A stretch of DNA of 64,000 bases. It comes from a virus. This document shows, one piece after another, positions 1 through 8,987 of this stretch. Both the position numbers and the translations under genes were made by a program. The stretch lies in IMG/VR virus record IMGVR_UViG_3300044691_000371, positions 1 through 64,000 of that record; one strand, given 5' to 3'. The notes beneath the pieces are model-generated. The model made no database searches. It saw only the letters and a list, made by a program, of their open reading frames with translations, and was not told the DNA's origin. Each line of letters opens with the position of its first letter. Positions within the stretch are counted from its first letter, which is position 1.

Positions 1-472
1 CACTATTAAAGTAAAAACCATTACTATTAGGATCTTGTACTTGAAATGTTGTTGGTGAACTACTTCCTAATAAATTAAAAGTAGTAGTAGTTCCCGCGGT
101 TATGTTTACAATCCTGCTTGTGTTTATAGTTCCATTAATATTATAAATATTATTACCAAATGTGACAATATTCCATGCGCTACCGCTCCATTGGTAATAA
201 GTAGTATTGGAGATGACATAGCAAATCATACCCGTTTCCAAGGTGGTTGAAAAACCACCGCCAGCGCTATTGGTTGAAAGACTATCCCTGCCTGCCGTTG
301 TTGTAACGATATGCCATCCACCGTTTAATAAATTGGCGTAACCTGTTATCGTATTATCGGCGGGATTGTTTTTAATTATTGGTGTAGCAATCTTTATACC
401 TACTGTTTGGGCTTGTAAGTTTACTTTTAAGCCAAAAAGTAAAATAAGCAATAATATTAATTTACTTTTCAT
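1..472 (-). CDS. Partial ORF (runs off the window start): fibre/adhesin-like protein with Sec signal peptide
   Basis: Manual translation from ATG at 472: MKSKLILLLILLFGLKVNLQA-QTVGIKIATP..., open to position 1. T/S/N/G-rich. Absent from the ORF track because it is truncated. Confidence 0.7.
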   Translation of the reverse strand, partial: MKSKLILLLILLFGLKVNLQAQTVGIKIATPIIKNNPADNTITGYANLLNGGWHIVTTTAGRDSLSTNSAGGGFSTTLETGMICYVISNTTYYQWSGSAWNIVTFGNNIYNINGTINTSRIVNITAGTTTTFNLLGSSSPTTFQVQDPNSNGFYFNS

Positions 473-473
473 C

Positions 474-1352
474 TTAATTTGTAGTTATAGCGTAATTTGA
501 ACTTGTAGCGGCATTAAGGGTGTACACAAAGTAATTTTGAACGTATCCCGATGCATTCGTAACACTTACTGTTGTCTGATTAAAAGCACTTGTCACATTA
601 AAGCCATTCACGTCAAAAATATTATTGATAGCGCCCTCACTTGATGGGTAAGCGAAATACGGATAATTACTTCCGCTTGCTGTAATTACTAATCCGGTTT
701 GCGCTTTGCTTGCTGATAACGGATTACTGCCCCCGGCTACCGCTAAAATTATAGTTTGATTGGGTGTTGCTGACGCTGATCGTCCGTAATAAAATTCTGG
801 TAATCTATTATAAGTTGTGCTTGCGGTAGCTATTTTACTGTCTATAGTTGTAACCGTTTCTGTAAACGTTATCGAACCTGTTGCCGGAATTGTTACCGAC
901 TGTGTGCCGCTAATAGTCCCCGGTTGTGATGGTTGGCTACCGAACACATTTAAACTACCCGGATTGATAACTGCGCTGGCTATTGTTGCCGTAGCCGATT
1001 GCCTGCCGTAACTCCAATTTAATGTACCAGATGAACTTGAAGCTGATACTTCTAAGTTCACACCACCACTTAACGAGGCTGTAGGCGGTTGACTTTGATT
1101 AAATAATTGATATATTACACTTTGTGGCGATCCAGTCGTTATTACAAGCCCAATTGTTGGTATACTGGTCACTGTAAACCCATTTATAGTTGAACCACCT
1201 CCTAAATCTGAAAGTCTTACAACATCATTGGGGTTTACCGGTGTTGTTAGTACTTGAGTTTCTTTTTGAAAAATATAAGGTTGACTAATTATAACTTGAG
1301 CATCAACCTTAAAATAAACGATTGCTAATAGCAGAAATATTATTTTTTTCAC
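474..1352 (-). CDS. Beta-rich fibre/decoration-like protein with N-terminal signal peptide
   Basis: MKKIIFLLLAIVYFKVDA-Q; S/T/G-rich; PVNPNDVVRLSDL fibre-type motif; lies downstream of baseplate genes. Confidence 0.6.
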   Translation of the reverse strand: MKKIIFLLLAIVYFKVDAQVIISQPYIFQKETQVLTTPVNPNDVVRLSDLGGGSTINGFTVTSIPTIGLVITTGSPQSVIYQLFNQSQPPTASLSGGVNLEVSASSSSGTLNWSYGRQSATATIASAVINPGSLNVFGSQPSQPGTISGTQSVTIPATGSITFTETVTTIDSKIATASTTYNRLPEFYYGRSASATPNQTIILAVAGGSNPLSASKAQTGLVITASGSNYPYFAYPSSEGAINNIFDVNGFNVTSAFNQTTVSVTNASGYVQNYFVYTLNAATSSNYAITTN

Positions 1353-1398
1353 TTTTCACCCTCACTTTAATCGCAATAAAAATAATACAATTTTTCAA

Positions 1399-1776
1399 TT
1401 AAATAACAATTTCATTTCCTTGTGTATTTATACCTCCAATTTGACCAACCGAAACTGCTATTATTTGTAAAACTGAATTTATGGCATTCCCCGGCGTAGA
1501 TGTTCCTACATCTAAAAACCAATCTAATGTAGTTGTTCCGCCACTTAATACAACATTGAAAGTATCATTCAAATTATAAAAAGCGCCATTTATTTTTAAT
1601 GCTCCTGCTGGATTACTCATTGATAAAGTAATAACTTTAAAAGTAACACTTGCTGTTCCAGTTCCATTTACAACTGTATGCCATGATGCTGTTTGTCCAG
1701 TTGTAGCATATTGCGTATTACTGAAAAAAAATGTATAAATAGATGATGAAAGAGCTTGAAAATATCTTTTTATCAT
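1399..1776 (-). CDS. Tail-associated hypothetical protein
   Basis: Coupled to the upstream gene (TAATG overlap); beta-rich composition. Confidence 0.5.
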   Translation of the reverse strand: MIKRYFQALSSSIYTFFFSNTQYATTGQTASWHTVVNGTGTASVTFKVITLSMSNPAGALKINGAFYNLNDTFNVVLSGGTTTLDWFLDVGTSTPGNAINSVLQIIAVSVGQIGGINTQGNEIVI

Positions 1777-2585
1777 TATGCTGTCTGACTTAATACATAT
1801 GAAACTTCTGGTAACCCTAATTCATTTATTCCTGCATAAATCATCGTTAATAAATTTGTATTATTTTGAGCGTTGCTTAACTGACCACTTTCTTTTAAAA
1901 TTGTTTGTCCTGCTCCTGCTGTAATTGTTAAGGTAATTCCTGATCCAAAAGTAAATTTTAATCTCTGAATAACGCCTGGCACCGCTCCTGCAAAATTAAA
2001 TGTTATCGTACAATTTGATGGTGCTGATGCAAAAAACACGGCTTGATCTTGTGTGAATGTTGCAACATATGATGTACCCATTGATGGAATTTGTACGTTA
2101 TGTAGTGCTGTTGCAGATTGCAATGCTGTGATTTCGGCTTGTTGAGACACAAGCGTAGCTAATAAAGTTTTATTATCAATGCGATATTGATTCATGTTTC
2201 CTGAAAATAACGGAGTATTTCCAGTTGGTGAACCTGATGTTGTAGCATAATTTACATCATAAATATCAGCAACTACAGCATCATTAAAAGTATATGGCAT
2301 TATACCTGTAATATTTGGGGTTAAATATTGTCCCTCATTAAAGTTTGAGGCTATATAATACCACGTTCCATTCAAATAAAAAAATCCTGGTGTATAAAAA
2401 TTTGGCGTTCCTGATGTGTAAACAAGCCCTCCAACTATTGCAAAGTCGGTTGTGCCTAATCCTGCACATGCTGTTATAGCGTCTAATATTTGCTGATTTG
2501 CTGCGGTTATATCCTGAATGTAAAGCGGATTATCTATTAATGCTCTACTTTGTCTTATGAAAGGAAATTGAATCAAACTTGCCAT
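1776..2585 (-). CDS. Putative tail fibre/baseplate-attached protein
   Basis: Position after wedge genes; short coiled coil (LVSQQAEITALQS) followed by a beta-rich C-terminal domain. Confidence 0.55.
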   Translation of the reverse strand: MASLIQFPFIRQSRALIDNPLYIQDITAANQQILDAITACAGLGTTDFAIVGGLVYTSGTPNFYTPGFFYLNGTWYYIASNFNEGQYLTPNITGIMPYTFNDAVVADIYDVNYATTSGSPTGNTPLFSGNMNQYRIDNKTLLATLVSQQAEITALQSATALHNVQIPSMGTSYVATFTQDQAVFFASAPSNCTITFNFAGAVPGVIQRLKFTFGSGITLTITAGAGQTILKESGQLSNAQNNTNLLTMIYAGINELGLPEVSYVLSQTA

Positions 2586-2607
2586 TTTATTTTTTTCTTA
2601 TACCCAT

Positions 2608-3114
2608 TTAGAACGTGATTATAGTGTAGGACAACCCTTCTAATGCCATTTGTGCAACTGTTGCCGTTAATTGTGATAAATTAGCCGAATATGGAACATG
2701 TATTACTGCATTTACAAAAAATTGTGGTTCATTAAAATTCCGTGCAAAAGCTATCGGTAATTCTCCAAAATTTCGTGCAAATAATATCGGTTGTTCATTA
2801 AAATTTCGTGCAACTGTTTGTCCGTTTCCTGCTTGTGTTATAAAAATACGGTTAAGTACATTATCATACAAATAATTCAAAACATTAGTCAATTGACCTA
2901 CTTGGAATTTACTATTTGCTATCAATCCATTTATTACCCGTTCTGCTTCGTATTGCTGTAATGGCCCTACTAAAGGCTGTAATAGGCATGCACAATATTT
3001 GTATAGCCAATTAACTTTACCGGCTGAATTAACGCTGTAATAAGCCCGTAAGGTTTCATAAAGGCATTTGCCTACATCCAAATGACGAAAACGTACAGTA
3101 GGGTTGTTTGCCAT
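2608..3114 (-). CDS. Putative baseplate wedge subunit (P2 gpI-like position)
   Basis: Synteny after the J-like gene; QVGQLTNVLNYLYD...RIFI pattern; internal 12-aa triple repeat. Confidence 0.55.
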   Translation of the reverse strand: MANNPTVRFRHLDVGKCLYETLRAYYSVNSAGKVNWLYKYCACLLQPLVGPLQQYEAERVINGLIANSKFQVGQLTNVLNYLYDNVLNRIFITQAGNGQTVARNFNEQPILFARNFGELPIAFARNFNEPQFFVNAVIHVPYSANLSQLTATVAQMALEGLSYTIITF

Positions 3115-3118
3115 TTTA

Positions 3119-3913
3119 TTACGAAGTTACAGGATTGAAGACTACCCCTGTCAGTACAGCAGGGTCGTAATTAAAATAACCGCTTCCGAGTGCTACAAAA
3201 TCAGAAAAAGGAACGCTATCTAATGTTGTTCCATCTATAAAAAAGCTTCTCATTCCAGGCACGTTGGTTTGCATGTACTGTTCTAAATCTGTTACGTAAA
3301 ATTCCCCGTTCAATGCAAAAGTATTTTGAAACGTTGTCAAAGCGTTTAATACATTGCTTTGTAAAGTTGGTAAATCGAAACTTGAAAGATAAGTTGCTGT
3401 TGATGTGAAAAATAAAACGTTTCCCGGTACTGAAATTATATTTAATGGCAAATCAAGTATTTCAAAGTTCAACATGTAAGCCTGAAAAGCTGTCAATTGT
3501 GGTGCTGTCAAAGGCGCTAAACCTCCGCTTATTCCGGTCGTTGCAACTTTCAAAAAGAATCCTGATTGTTGAAATGCTGCCTGTGAAATTATCTGTTTTG
3601 TCGTGTCAATAACTGGGTAAATCAAGTTTAAATATGGTGCGCCTGTTACTGGATTTATTGCTTCGTTTATAACTAAGTTATCACCATACTGAAAAGCAAG
3701 TGCAACCCCTGTATAATAAAGTGCTTTTCCGTATCCTTGCTGTGAAATTAAAAGGTTTGTAATTATGCTTTCTGAATTGGCTATTTCGGCAATAACGTTA
3801 TCTAAAACCTGACCAATGGCAATGGCAATTTGTTCATCAATAGCGGTAACGCTTAGATTGGTGAACCCAAGTGCGGCCAAATTATTGTTGATTTGTTGTA
3901 TCGATGAAGCCAT
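3119..3913 (-). CDS. Putative baseplate wedge protein (J-like)
   Basis: ALAFQYGD, LKVA...PLT..QL.AF..Y, NGEF....LE and SGYF motifs resemble Bacteroidota myophage wedge proteins; synteny. Confidence 0.65.
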   Translation of the reverse strand: MASSIQQINNNLAALGFTNLSVTAIDEQIAIAIGQVLDNVIAEIANSESIITNLLISQQGYGKALYYTGVALAFQYGDNLVINEAINPVTGAPYLNLIYPVIDTTKQIISQAAFQQSGFFLKVATTGISGGLAPLTAPQLTAFQAYMLNFEILDLPLNIISVPGNVLFFTSTATYLSSFDLPTLQSNVLNALTTFQNTFALNGEFYVTDLEQYMQTNVPGMRSFFIDGTTLDSVPFSDFVALGSGYFNYDPAVLTGVVFNPVTS

Positions 3914-4293
3914 TAGTTATAATTATTGATTACATCCATTCTTATGTTGACTATCCCTGAAAAGTTTCCGCTTGTCCATGTGAAATAAACCGTTCCTCCT
4001 GCTATAAAATATTGTTGTGCTGTGACTATAATAGTATTCGTTATTACAAGGTCGCTTAATATTTCCTGGCCATTTGGTGTAGTTCCTATCCGTAAAGTCG
4101 GTGCTGATGAGATATTCGTTATAGAAATAGTTGTTACCATAACATTTGCGCTTAAATCCTGTGAAAAGTTTTGGTTTGCATCTACATATTTAAACGGTGG
4201 GTTTATCGTTCCGTACAACTCGAAAAACATGCTGTTAAGCGCGTTACGAACGTTGAGTCCACTTTCTAAATTCGCTATGTATTGAAGTCCCAT
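3913..4293 (-). CDS. Virion structural protein, hypothetical
   Basis: N-terminal ESGLNVRNALNSMFFELY fibre-type motif; LRIGTTPNGQEI. Confidence 0.5.
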   Translation of the reverse strand: MGLQYIANLESGLNVRNALNSMFFELYGTINPPFKYVDANQNFSQDLSANVMVTTISITNISSAPTLRIGTTPNGQEILSDLVITNTIIVTAQQYFIAGGTVYFTWTSGNFSGIVNIRMDVINNYN

Positions 4294-4305
4294 CTATTTC
4301 CCTTT

Positions 4306-4980
4306 CTAATTATCAAGCCACCTGTCGGTATCGATCCATTGGCTTGGATCGTCCAGCCAGTAGCCATACCGCAATATCCATAAGTCTGCCCCGCTAAGTT
4401 GTTCAAAAATAGCATTTATTTGTTCATAAATATCCGCAATAGAAAAATTGTTAGCTGGATAGCTGTTTAAGGCTCTGAAATTGTTTAAGTTAAGGTTGGC
4501 TGATGATGGTATTGCAACCTTTTGACCTGCATATAAGGTCGGTGTCCAGTCATTAAAACTATTTGCGTCAAGTATGCTTCCCCAATTTTGAATATCACCT
4601 GTTGAGTTCATTACTACATCTCCAATTGTGGAAAGTGGCGTAACTATAAAATATGTATTTGTATCAATCGTTGGTAAACTTGCAATCGGTGTATCAACTG
4701 GAATGGCATTTTCTAATAGTAAAAATATTGCGTTTATCTGATCGTATATGTCCGGTATTGAATAGTTATTAGCAGGGTATTGAACTAAATCAGCAATGTT
4801 TCCAACGTTGGTATCAGTGCTTACTGGTATCTGTAAAACTTGGCCGTTGTAAAGTGTAGGTGTCCAGTCTGATAAAAAGTTGACGTTAAGGCAATCAGAC
4901 CAGTTTGTCGAGGTAATTAAACCGCAATTGTTGAGTACAAAATCCCCAAATGTTTCCCCAGCACGAATTTGATATTGCAC
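4306..4980 (-). CDS. Tandem LysM/tail-X-like baseplate protein
   Basis: Two ~100-aa internal repeats (Y.I..G.T.GD.V.N...NW...L..N...DWTPTLY.GQ...IP). Confidence 0.6.
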   Translation of the reverse strand: MQYQIRAGETFGDFVLNNCGLITSTNWSDCLNVNFLSDWTPTLYNGQVLQIPVSTDTNVGNIADLVQYPANNYSIPDIYDQINAIFLLLENAIPVDTPIASLPTIDTNTYFIVTPLSTIGDVVMNSTGDIQNWGSILDANSFNDWTPTLYAGQKVAIPSSANLNLNNFRALNSYPANNFSIADIYEQINAIFEQLSGADLWILRYGYWLDDPSQWIDTDRWLDN

Positions 4981-5020
4981 CCTTTATTTTTTTATTGCGT
5001 AAATATAAATAATTAACAAT

Positions 5021-5074
5021 AAAAAAAACAGATAACTAAACCTCGCGTTCTGTTATCTGCTAACCAATTATCTG
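5021..5074 (-). ncRNA. Candidate ~55-nt small RNA (promoter directly followed by terminator, no ORF)
   Basis: Promoter at 5078-5108, then AUCAGAUAAUUGGUUAG, an 8-bp stem CAGAUAAC/GUUAUCUG and U8. Confidence 0.55.
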
Positions 5075-5077
5075 ATG

Positions 5078-5108
5078 TAAAGATAACTATTGTTTTCGTA
5101 TTTGCAAA
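5078..5108 (-). promoter_or_regulatory. Bacteroidota sigma70-type promoter with conserved spacer
   Basis: TTTG-19 nt-TATCTTTA; copy of the repeated AAATAAAGTTTGCAAATAC(A/G)AAAAC element. Confidence 0.75.
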
Positions 5109-5125
5109 CTTTATTTGAAAATAAT

Positions 5126-5449
5126 TTAAAAATATTCTACAGAGGCAGCGAAGTCGAATTGTATGTTTGGTGGATTAGTAACACGATTCCATGAAGCTTG
5201 GCCACCGTCCGCGCCTACCTGTTGCGCCCACCGATTAAGTTGAAAAGCTGCTTGTGCTTCATCTCCACCCTGCACCTGCGAATTAAATCCTATTCCGGCT
5301 GCTGGGTGTAGTATATTCATAGCTCTTGCTTCAAGTAAAATTGTCCCACACTGGGTGCTAATAATACTTTGTGAAGCTGTATTTTCAAAGTCCCCGTTTG
5401 GGGCAAAGATCATATCTCTTTTGATGGGGTCGAAGACTAAAAATGCCAT
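5126..5449 (-). CDS. Putative baseplate gp25/Mu gp46-like protein
   Basis: Size, position after spike gene, D+..(N)GDF and HP..GIG motifs. Confidence 0.55.
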   Translation of the reverse strand: MAFLVFDPIKRDMIFAPNGDFENTASQSIISTQCGTILLEARAMNILHPAAGIGFNSQVQGGDEAQAAFQLNRWAQQVGADGGQASWNRVTNPPNIQFDFAASVEYF

Positions 5450-5457
5450 ATTTTTAT

Positions 5458-6027
5458 TTATTGAGTTATTACCGTTGATTGGATGTCGCTTGCTTTTGTT
5501 ACTGGATTTATCATTCCTGTTTCCTGGCTTACTGTTGCTGCTGCTGTACCTGTACCTGATGATAAAGCAAGTATATGGGTATGGCCGTTATATTGCTGAA
5601 TTAAATTATTAACTAAGTTTTCAAGTGCATTTATTTTTGTTACCAATGGATTGACTAAAACTAAACCGCCATTATTTCCATCGTTAAATTGCGTATTTTT
5701 TGCTGAAATAAAAAGATTGTTAATTGGCTGAATATAATAATCGCTTACTTGGTCGAAGCTGTCTATCTGGGGTAGTCCGCGATGGTTATCCCGCCATTTT
5801 ACAAGGCAATGCGACCCTATTACTGGAATTTCAAAAATAGTCGCTTGTGAGCCTTTTAAAACGCTTGTGGTGACATTTGAATAAGTTACTTCATTGATAG
5901 TTATATCGACCGTAAAATCATTATTAACTGCGGTTACAATTCCATCTATTAATACAGTTGCCCTTAATTTATTTTCTACAAACTTGTTTAATGCTCTTAA
6001 AAAAGAAAATGAAGTCGTACTATCCAT
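5458..6027 (-). CDS. Baseplate spike (gpV-like); start corrected to ATG 6027
   Basis: OB-fold-like N-terminus (IPVIGSHCLV), NDGNNGGLV, and YNGHTH iron-binding HxH motif. The track's longer start runs through a terminator. Confidence 0.75.
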   Translation of the reverse strand: MDSTTSFSFLRALNKFVENKLRATVLIDGIVTAVNNDFTVDITINEVTYSNVTTSVLKGSQATIFEIPVIGSHCLVKWRDNHRGLPQIDSFDQVSDYYIQPINNLFISAKNTQFNDGNNGGLVLVNPLVTKINALENLVNNLIQQYNGHTHILALSSGTGTAAATVSQETGMINPVTKASDIQSTVITQ

Positions 6028-6054
6028 AGTTGTAAAAGTACAAGTTTTTAAAAT

Positions 6055-6082
6055 AAAAAAAGTCCTACATTTCTGTAAGACT
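6055..6082 (-). terminator. Intrinsic terminator after DUF932-like gene
   Basis: AGTCTTACA-GAAA-TGTAGGACT followed by a T run. Confidence 0.75.
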
Positions 6083-6087
6083 AATTT

Positions 6088-6113
6088 ACCCTGAAAACGT
6101 ATCAAGGTGAAAC
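6088..6113 (-). promoter_or_regulatory. 3' UTR hairpin antisense to its own gene's initiation region
   Basis: 6094-6105 is the exact reverse complement of 7054-7065 (12 nt), plus a GAAAC match just after the ATG. Confidence 0.6.
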
Positions 6114-6124
6114 AAGGTTTCTTT

Positions 6125-7051
6125 TTAAACCAATTCCAAAATTGATGAAAGTGCTTTGTTATCTATTCCTAAAGCTGAACCGGTGTACTTACTTTCAATC
6201 CTGGCGTTTTCTTTTTTAGATATTGGCATTTTGTGGGTTGTGTAGTGCGTAACGCCTGAAAACAATCCCCAAAGTGTTTGGCCTTTGCTTTTCATTTCAG
6301 TTGAAATACTGCCTAACAATTCCTGTGAGCGGTTAAGTGCGTAACCTGAATATTTTTCTTTTGCTTCTGCAATTCCCAAATTCATATCAACCCCGGTCAC
6401 TTGGTTTACAATCATTCCGATGTTTGCCTTTTTAACGGATATTTCAGAAAGTGTAATGAACTTTTCAAAAAGGCTTTTTTCCTGTTCGATAATTCCGTTA
6501 ATACTCATTATTGATTGCTCAACTTTAGCGTGGATTGATTGTGTATGACGTGCGCTGTTTTTAAGTTCTTTTTGTGCGTATGCAAATGTGTTACGGCAGC
6601 AAATTGTGAAGTTTACGGCTCCCCATTTTAGTGATGTTGTGCCGTCATGTGAATTAATTCCGGTTACAAACCCTTCAACTGTAGTTCCGTTTTTGCCTAA
6701 ACCTTCTATTGTGTTTCCGGTTTTCAATTGTAAGTAAACTTTACCGCCGTCATTGAACTTGCCGCCTGAATGAAGTTCATAGCCTGTTTTTTCGCAAACT
6801 CTTAAAAGCAGTTCGCCTAATTGATAGTTTTGGAAAGGCTCATAACCGTCTTTACAGGTTGAAAATGTTGTTTGAGTATCATCTCTTACAATGCCGAAAA
6901 ATCCGGTTTCTTTTTGATTAGGTAATAACAAAGGCAGTTTTGATACTTTCCAGTTTAAACCGTAGGTATCTAACATTTCATTGATTAGACTTTCATCACT
7001 AAAGATGTTTGATAAAATTTGATCTGCGAAGTTTGTTTTTGAAGTTTCCAT
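6125..7051 (-). CDS. DUF932 / TIGR03299-like phage-plasmid protein
   Basis: GLNWKV, YEPFQN, G.F..GGKVY, NSHDGTTS, C.NT, TLWGLFSGVTHY..H motifs. Confidence 0.8.
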   Translation of the reverse strand: METSKTNFADQILSNIFSDESLINEMLDTYGLNWKVSKLPLLLPNQKETGFFGIVRDDTQTTFSTCKDGYEPFQNYQLGELLLRVCEKTGYELHSGGKFNDGGKVYLQLKTGNTIEGLGKNGTTVEGFVTGINSHDGTTSLKWGAVNFTICCRNTFAYAQKELKNSARHTQSIHAKVEQSIMSINGIIEQEKSLFEKFITLSEISVKKANIGMIVNQVTGVDMNLGIAEAKEKYSGYALNRSQELLGSISTEMKSKGQTLWGLFSGVTHYTTHKMPISKKENARIESKYTGSALGIDNKALSSILELV

Positions 7052-7091
7052 TTTTGATACGTTTTAAATTTCTTTGTCTGAATTGACGATT

Positions 7092-7122
7092 CAAAGATAT
7101 AAATAGTTTTTACAAATACAAA
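7092..7122 (-). promoter_or_regulatory. Sigma70-type promoter of the DUF932 cassette
   Basis: TTTG-19 nt-TATCTTTG. Confidence 0.8.
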
Positions 7123-7148
7123 CTTTATTTTAAAATAATTTATCAAAC

Positions 7149-7180
7149 AAAAAGCCTTTGATATAATCTCTGGCTTTTTT
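7149..7180. terminator. Probable bidirectional terminator
   Basis: AAAAAGCC-N15-GGCTTTTTT. Confidence 0.55.
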
Positions 7181-7212
7181 GTATTTTTATACCGACGAAA
7201 ATATAAAATACA

Positions 7213-7773
7213 ATGACAAATATAACAGAAAAACCTATCTATGTTAGCCGTGAAGAAAAAAATGGTGTTACACAAGAATTAGTTAAACAGCTTTTTGATT
7301 ATCGAGACGGTTTTTTATACTGGAAAGTATCACGAAGTAATGTTGTAAAAGTTGGCGATAGGTCAAGTTTTATAATGCAAGCATCAAAAAATTCTAAAAT
7401 ATATTATGGTACATCTATTAATAGTGTATTATACAGGTGCGCAAGAATTATATTCTTTTATCATCATGGATACTTTCCAAAATTTGTAGATCATATAAAC
7501 CGTAATACTTTAGATGATCGAATCGAAAATTTGAGAGCTGCTACATATGAAGAAAACATGAGAAACGTTACCCCTAAAAAAAATAAACCATCACAATATT
7601 TAGGCGTTTTTTTAGCAGAAGGTAAATATTGGGTAGCTCAAATACATGTTAATAGAAAAACAATAGGATTAGGATATTTTAAAACTCAAGAATTAGCGGC
7701 TTTAGCTTACAATCGTGCTGCGGTAAAATATTGGGGCGAATTTGCTAATTTGAATATAATACAACCTAAATAA
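7213..7773 (+). CDS. HNH homing endonuclease with C-terminal AP2 domain
   Basis: VDHINRNTLDDRIENLR...EN..N; S.Y.GV...W.A.I...LGYF....AA.AYN.AA....GEFA.LN. Confidence 0.9.
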   Translation: MTNITEKPIYVSREEKNGVTQELVKQLFDYRDGFLYWKVSRSNVVKVGDRSSFIMQASKNSKIYYGTSINSVLYRCARIIFFYHHGYFPKFVDHINRNTLDDRIENLRAATYEENMRNVTPKKNKPSQYLGVFLAEGKYWVAQIHVNRKTIGLGYFKTQELAALAYNRAAVKYWGEFANLNIIQPK

Positions 7774-8925
7774 TTAGGTTTGTACAATTCCACTGCTTTT
7801 AATTGTTTGGCCTTTTAAAAATGAATATTCTGGAACATTAAGCCATGCTACTTGAATTTCACGGTGAAAACCACGTTCCGACAATTCAAAAAATACCCCA
7901 ATAATATAATATTGACCGTTCTTTTCGGGGTAACGACGATCTAAATAATTGACTATGTAAAAAAGATCACATTGGGGATATAAAAGCAATTCTAACTTTC
8001 CATGATAACGATGCTGTTTTGCTTGTAACAAAGCTGCATTCGAAAGAATATCATAAGTATTGCCAACATTATTTACATTATAGAACCAACATTCCTGTTG
8101 TATGCCGGATGAATCTCCGACTTCTACATAGTTTCTCGTTCCATTAGTCGCTTCGAACCAACATTTTAATCTGATTTTTTGAAAAGATGCTAAATTGGTC
8201 TGTAACGAAGATTTTATAACATTCCTGCCAGTATCTAAATTTATTGCGCCGATTGTATTTGAAGCAATATTCACATATAACTGATTGCCAATGAAGCTAA
8301 TATTCAGTCCTAAATTTTTTTTGAAGTATTCGAGAATAGATGCAGGTGACATATTTATGAACGTCAAATTTACCAGCGTCATGTCCAAAGTCGGCAATAC
8401 TAATTCGGCATGTGGCGATGAAGTCCCAAATTTTGCGTTCTGTAAATCTATTTGAGTGTTAGCAAACGCGACTAATTGTTGTAAAAGGTCGGTAAATTGA
8501 ACTGATTTGTAATTAACTCCCGTCCCGCTGTTCTTAATTTTTGTGCCTGCCTTGTTGGTTGTGTGAACCTGTTTATCTCCAAAAATTCCTAAGTTGAAAA
8601 AGTAAATATAATCCAAGCACTTTATTGTTAATGGCATCCCAAGTATGAAATCAAAAACGTAACCTTGAAATATTTGTATTGGTGGATAACCTACGTAATT
8701 AGCTGTTATAGTTATAGGGCTGCCTTGTGGGAAAGTATCGGTTCTTATCGCGGTTAAATATACCTTAGTTGTGTTTGGATCGCTATAGCTGATGTATGAG
8801 TTCAACGGGACAATTATATCAGCCCTTGCACCTATGTTTTGAGCATCGTTAGACGTTTTAACCTCAACTACTGTAGTTAATAGCTGCCCGTTAATAACCA
8901 CTGAAAGCTGAGTGTCGAAATACAT
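7774..8925 (-). CDS. Baseplate hub / late control D-like protein
   Basis: Size and position; G..I.I...Y.GY....F.GYV; C-terminal GQYYI..V......GF.R.I. Confidence 0.7.
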   Translation of the reverse strand: MYFDTQLSVVINGQLLTTVVEVKTSNDAQNIGARADIIVPLNSYISYSDPNTTKVYLTAIRTDTFPQGSPITITANYVGYPPIQIFQGYVFDFILGMPLTIKCLDYIYFFNLGIFGDKQVHTTNKAGTKIKNSGTGVNYKSVQFTDLLQQLVAFANTQIDLQNAKFGTSSPHAELVLPTLDMTLVNLTFINMSPASILEYFKKNLGLNISFIGNQLYVNIASNTIGAINLDTGRNVIKSSLQTNLASFQKIRLKCWFEATNGTRNYVEVGDSSGIQQECWFYNVNNVGNTYDILSNAALLQAKQHRYHGKLELLLYPQCDLFYIVNYLDRRYPEKNGQYYIIGVFFELSERGFHREIQVAWLNVPEYSFLKGQTIKSSGIVQT

Positions 8926-8954
8926 ATTGGCTATAAATATAGCTATTAATCAAT

Positions 8955-8981
8955 AAAAAAAGCCCCTAATAAATTAGAGGC
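8955..8981 (-). terminator. Intrinsic terminator
   Basis: GCCTCTAAT-TT-ATTAGGGGC followed by T7. Confidence 0.75.
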
Positions 8982-8987
8982 CGATTC

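Noticed and set aside
6985-7275. 96-aa minus-strand ORF
   Set aside because: Runs across a terminator and a promoter and overlaps two real genes.
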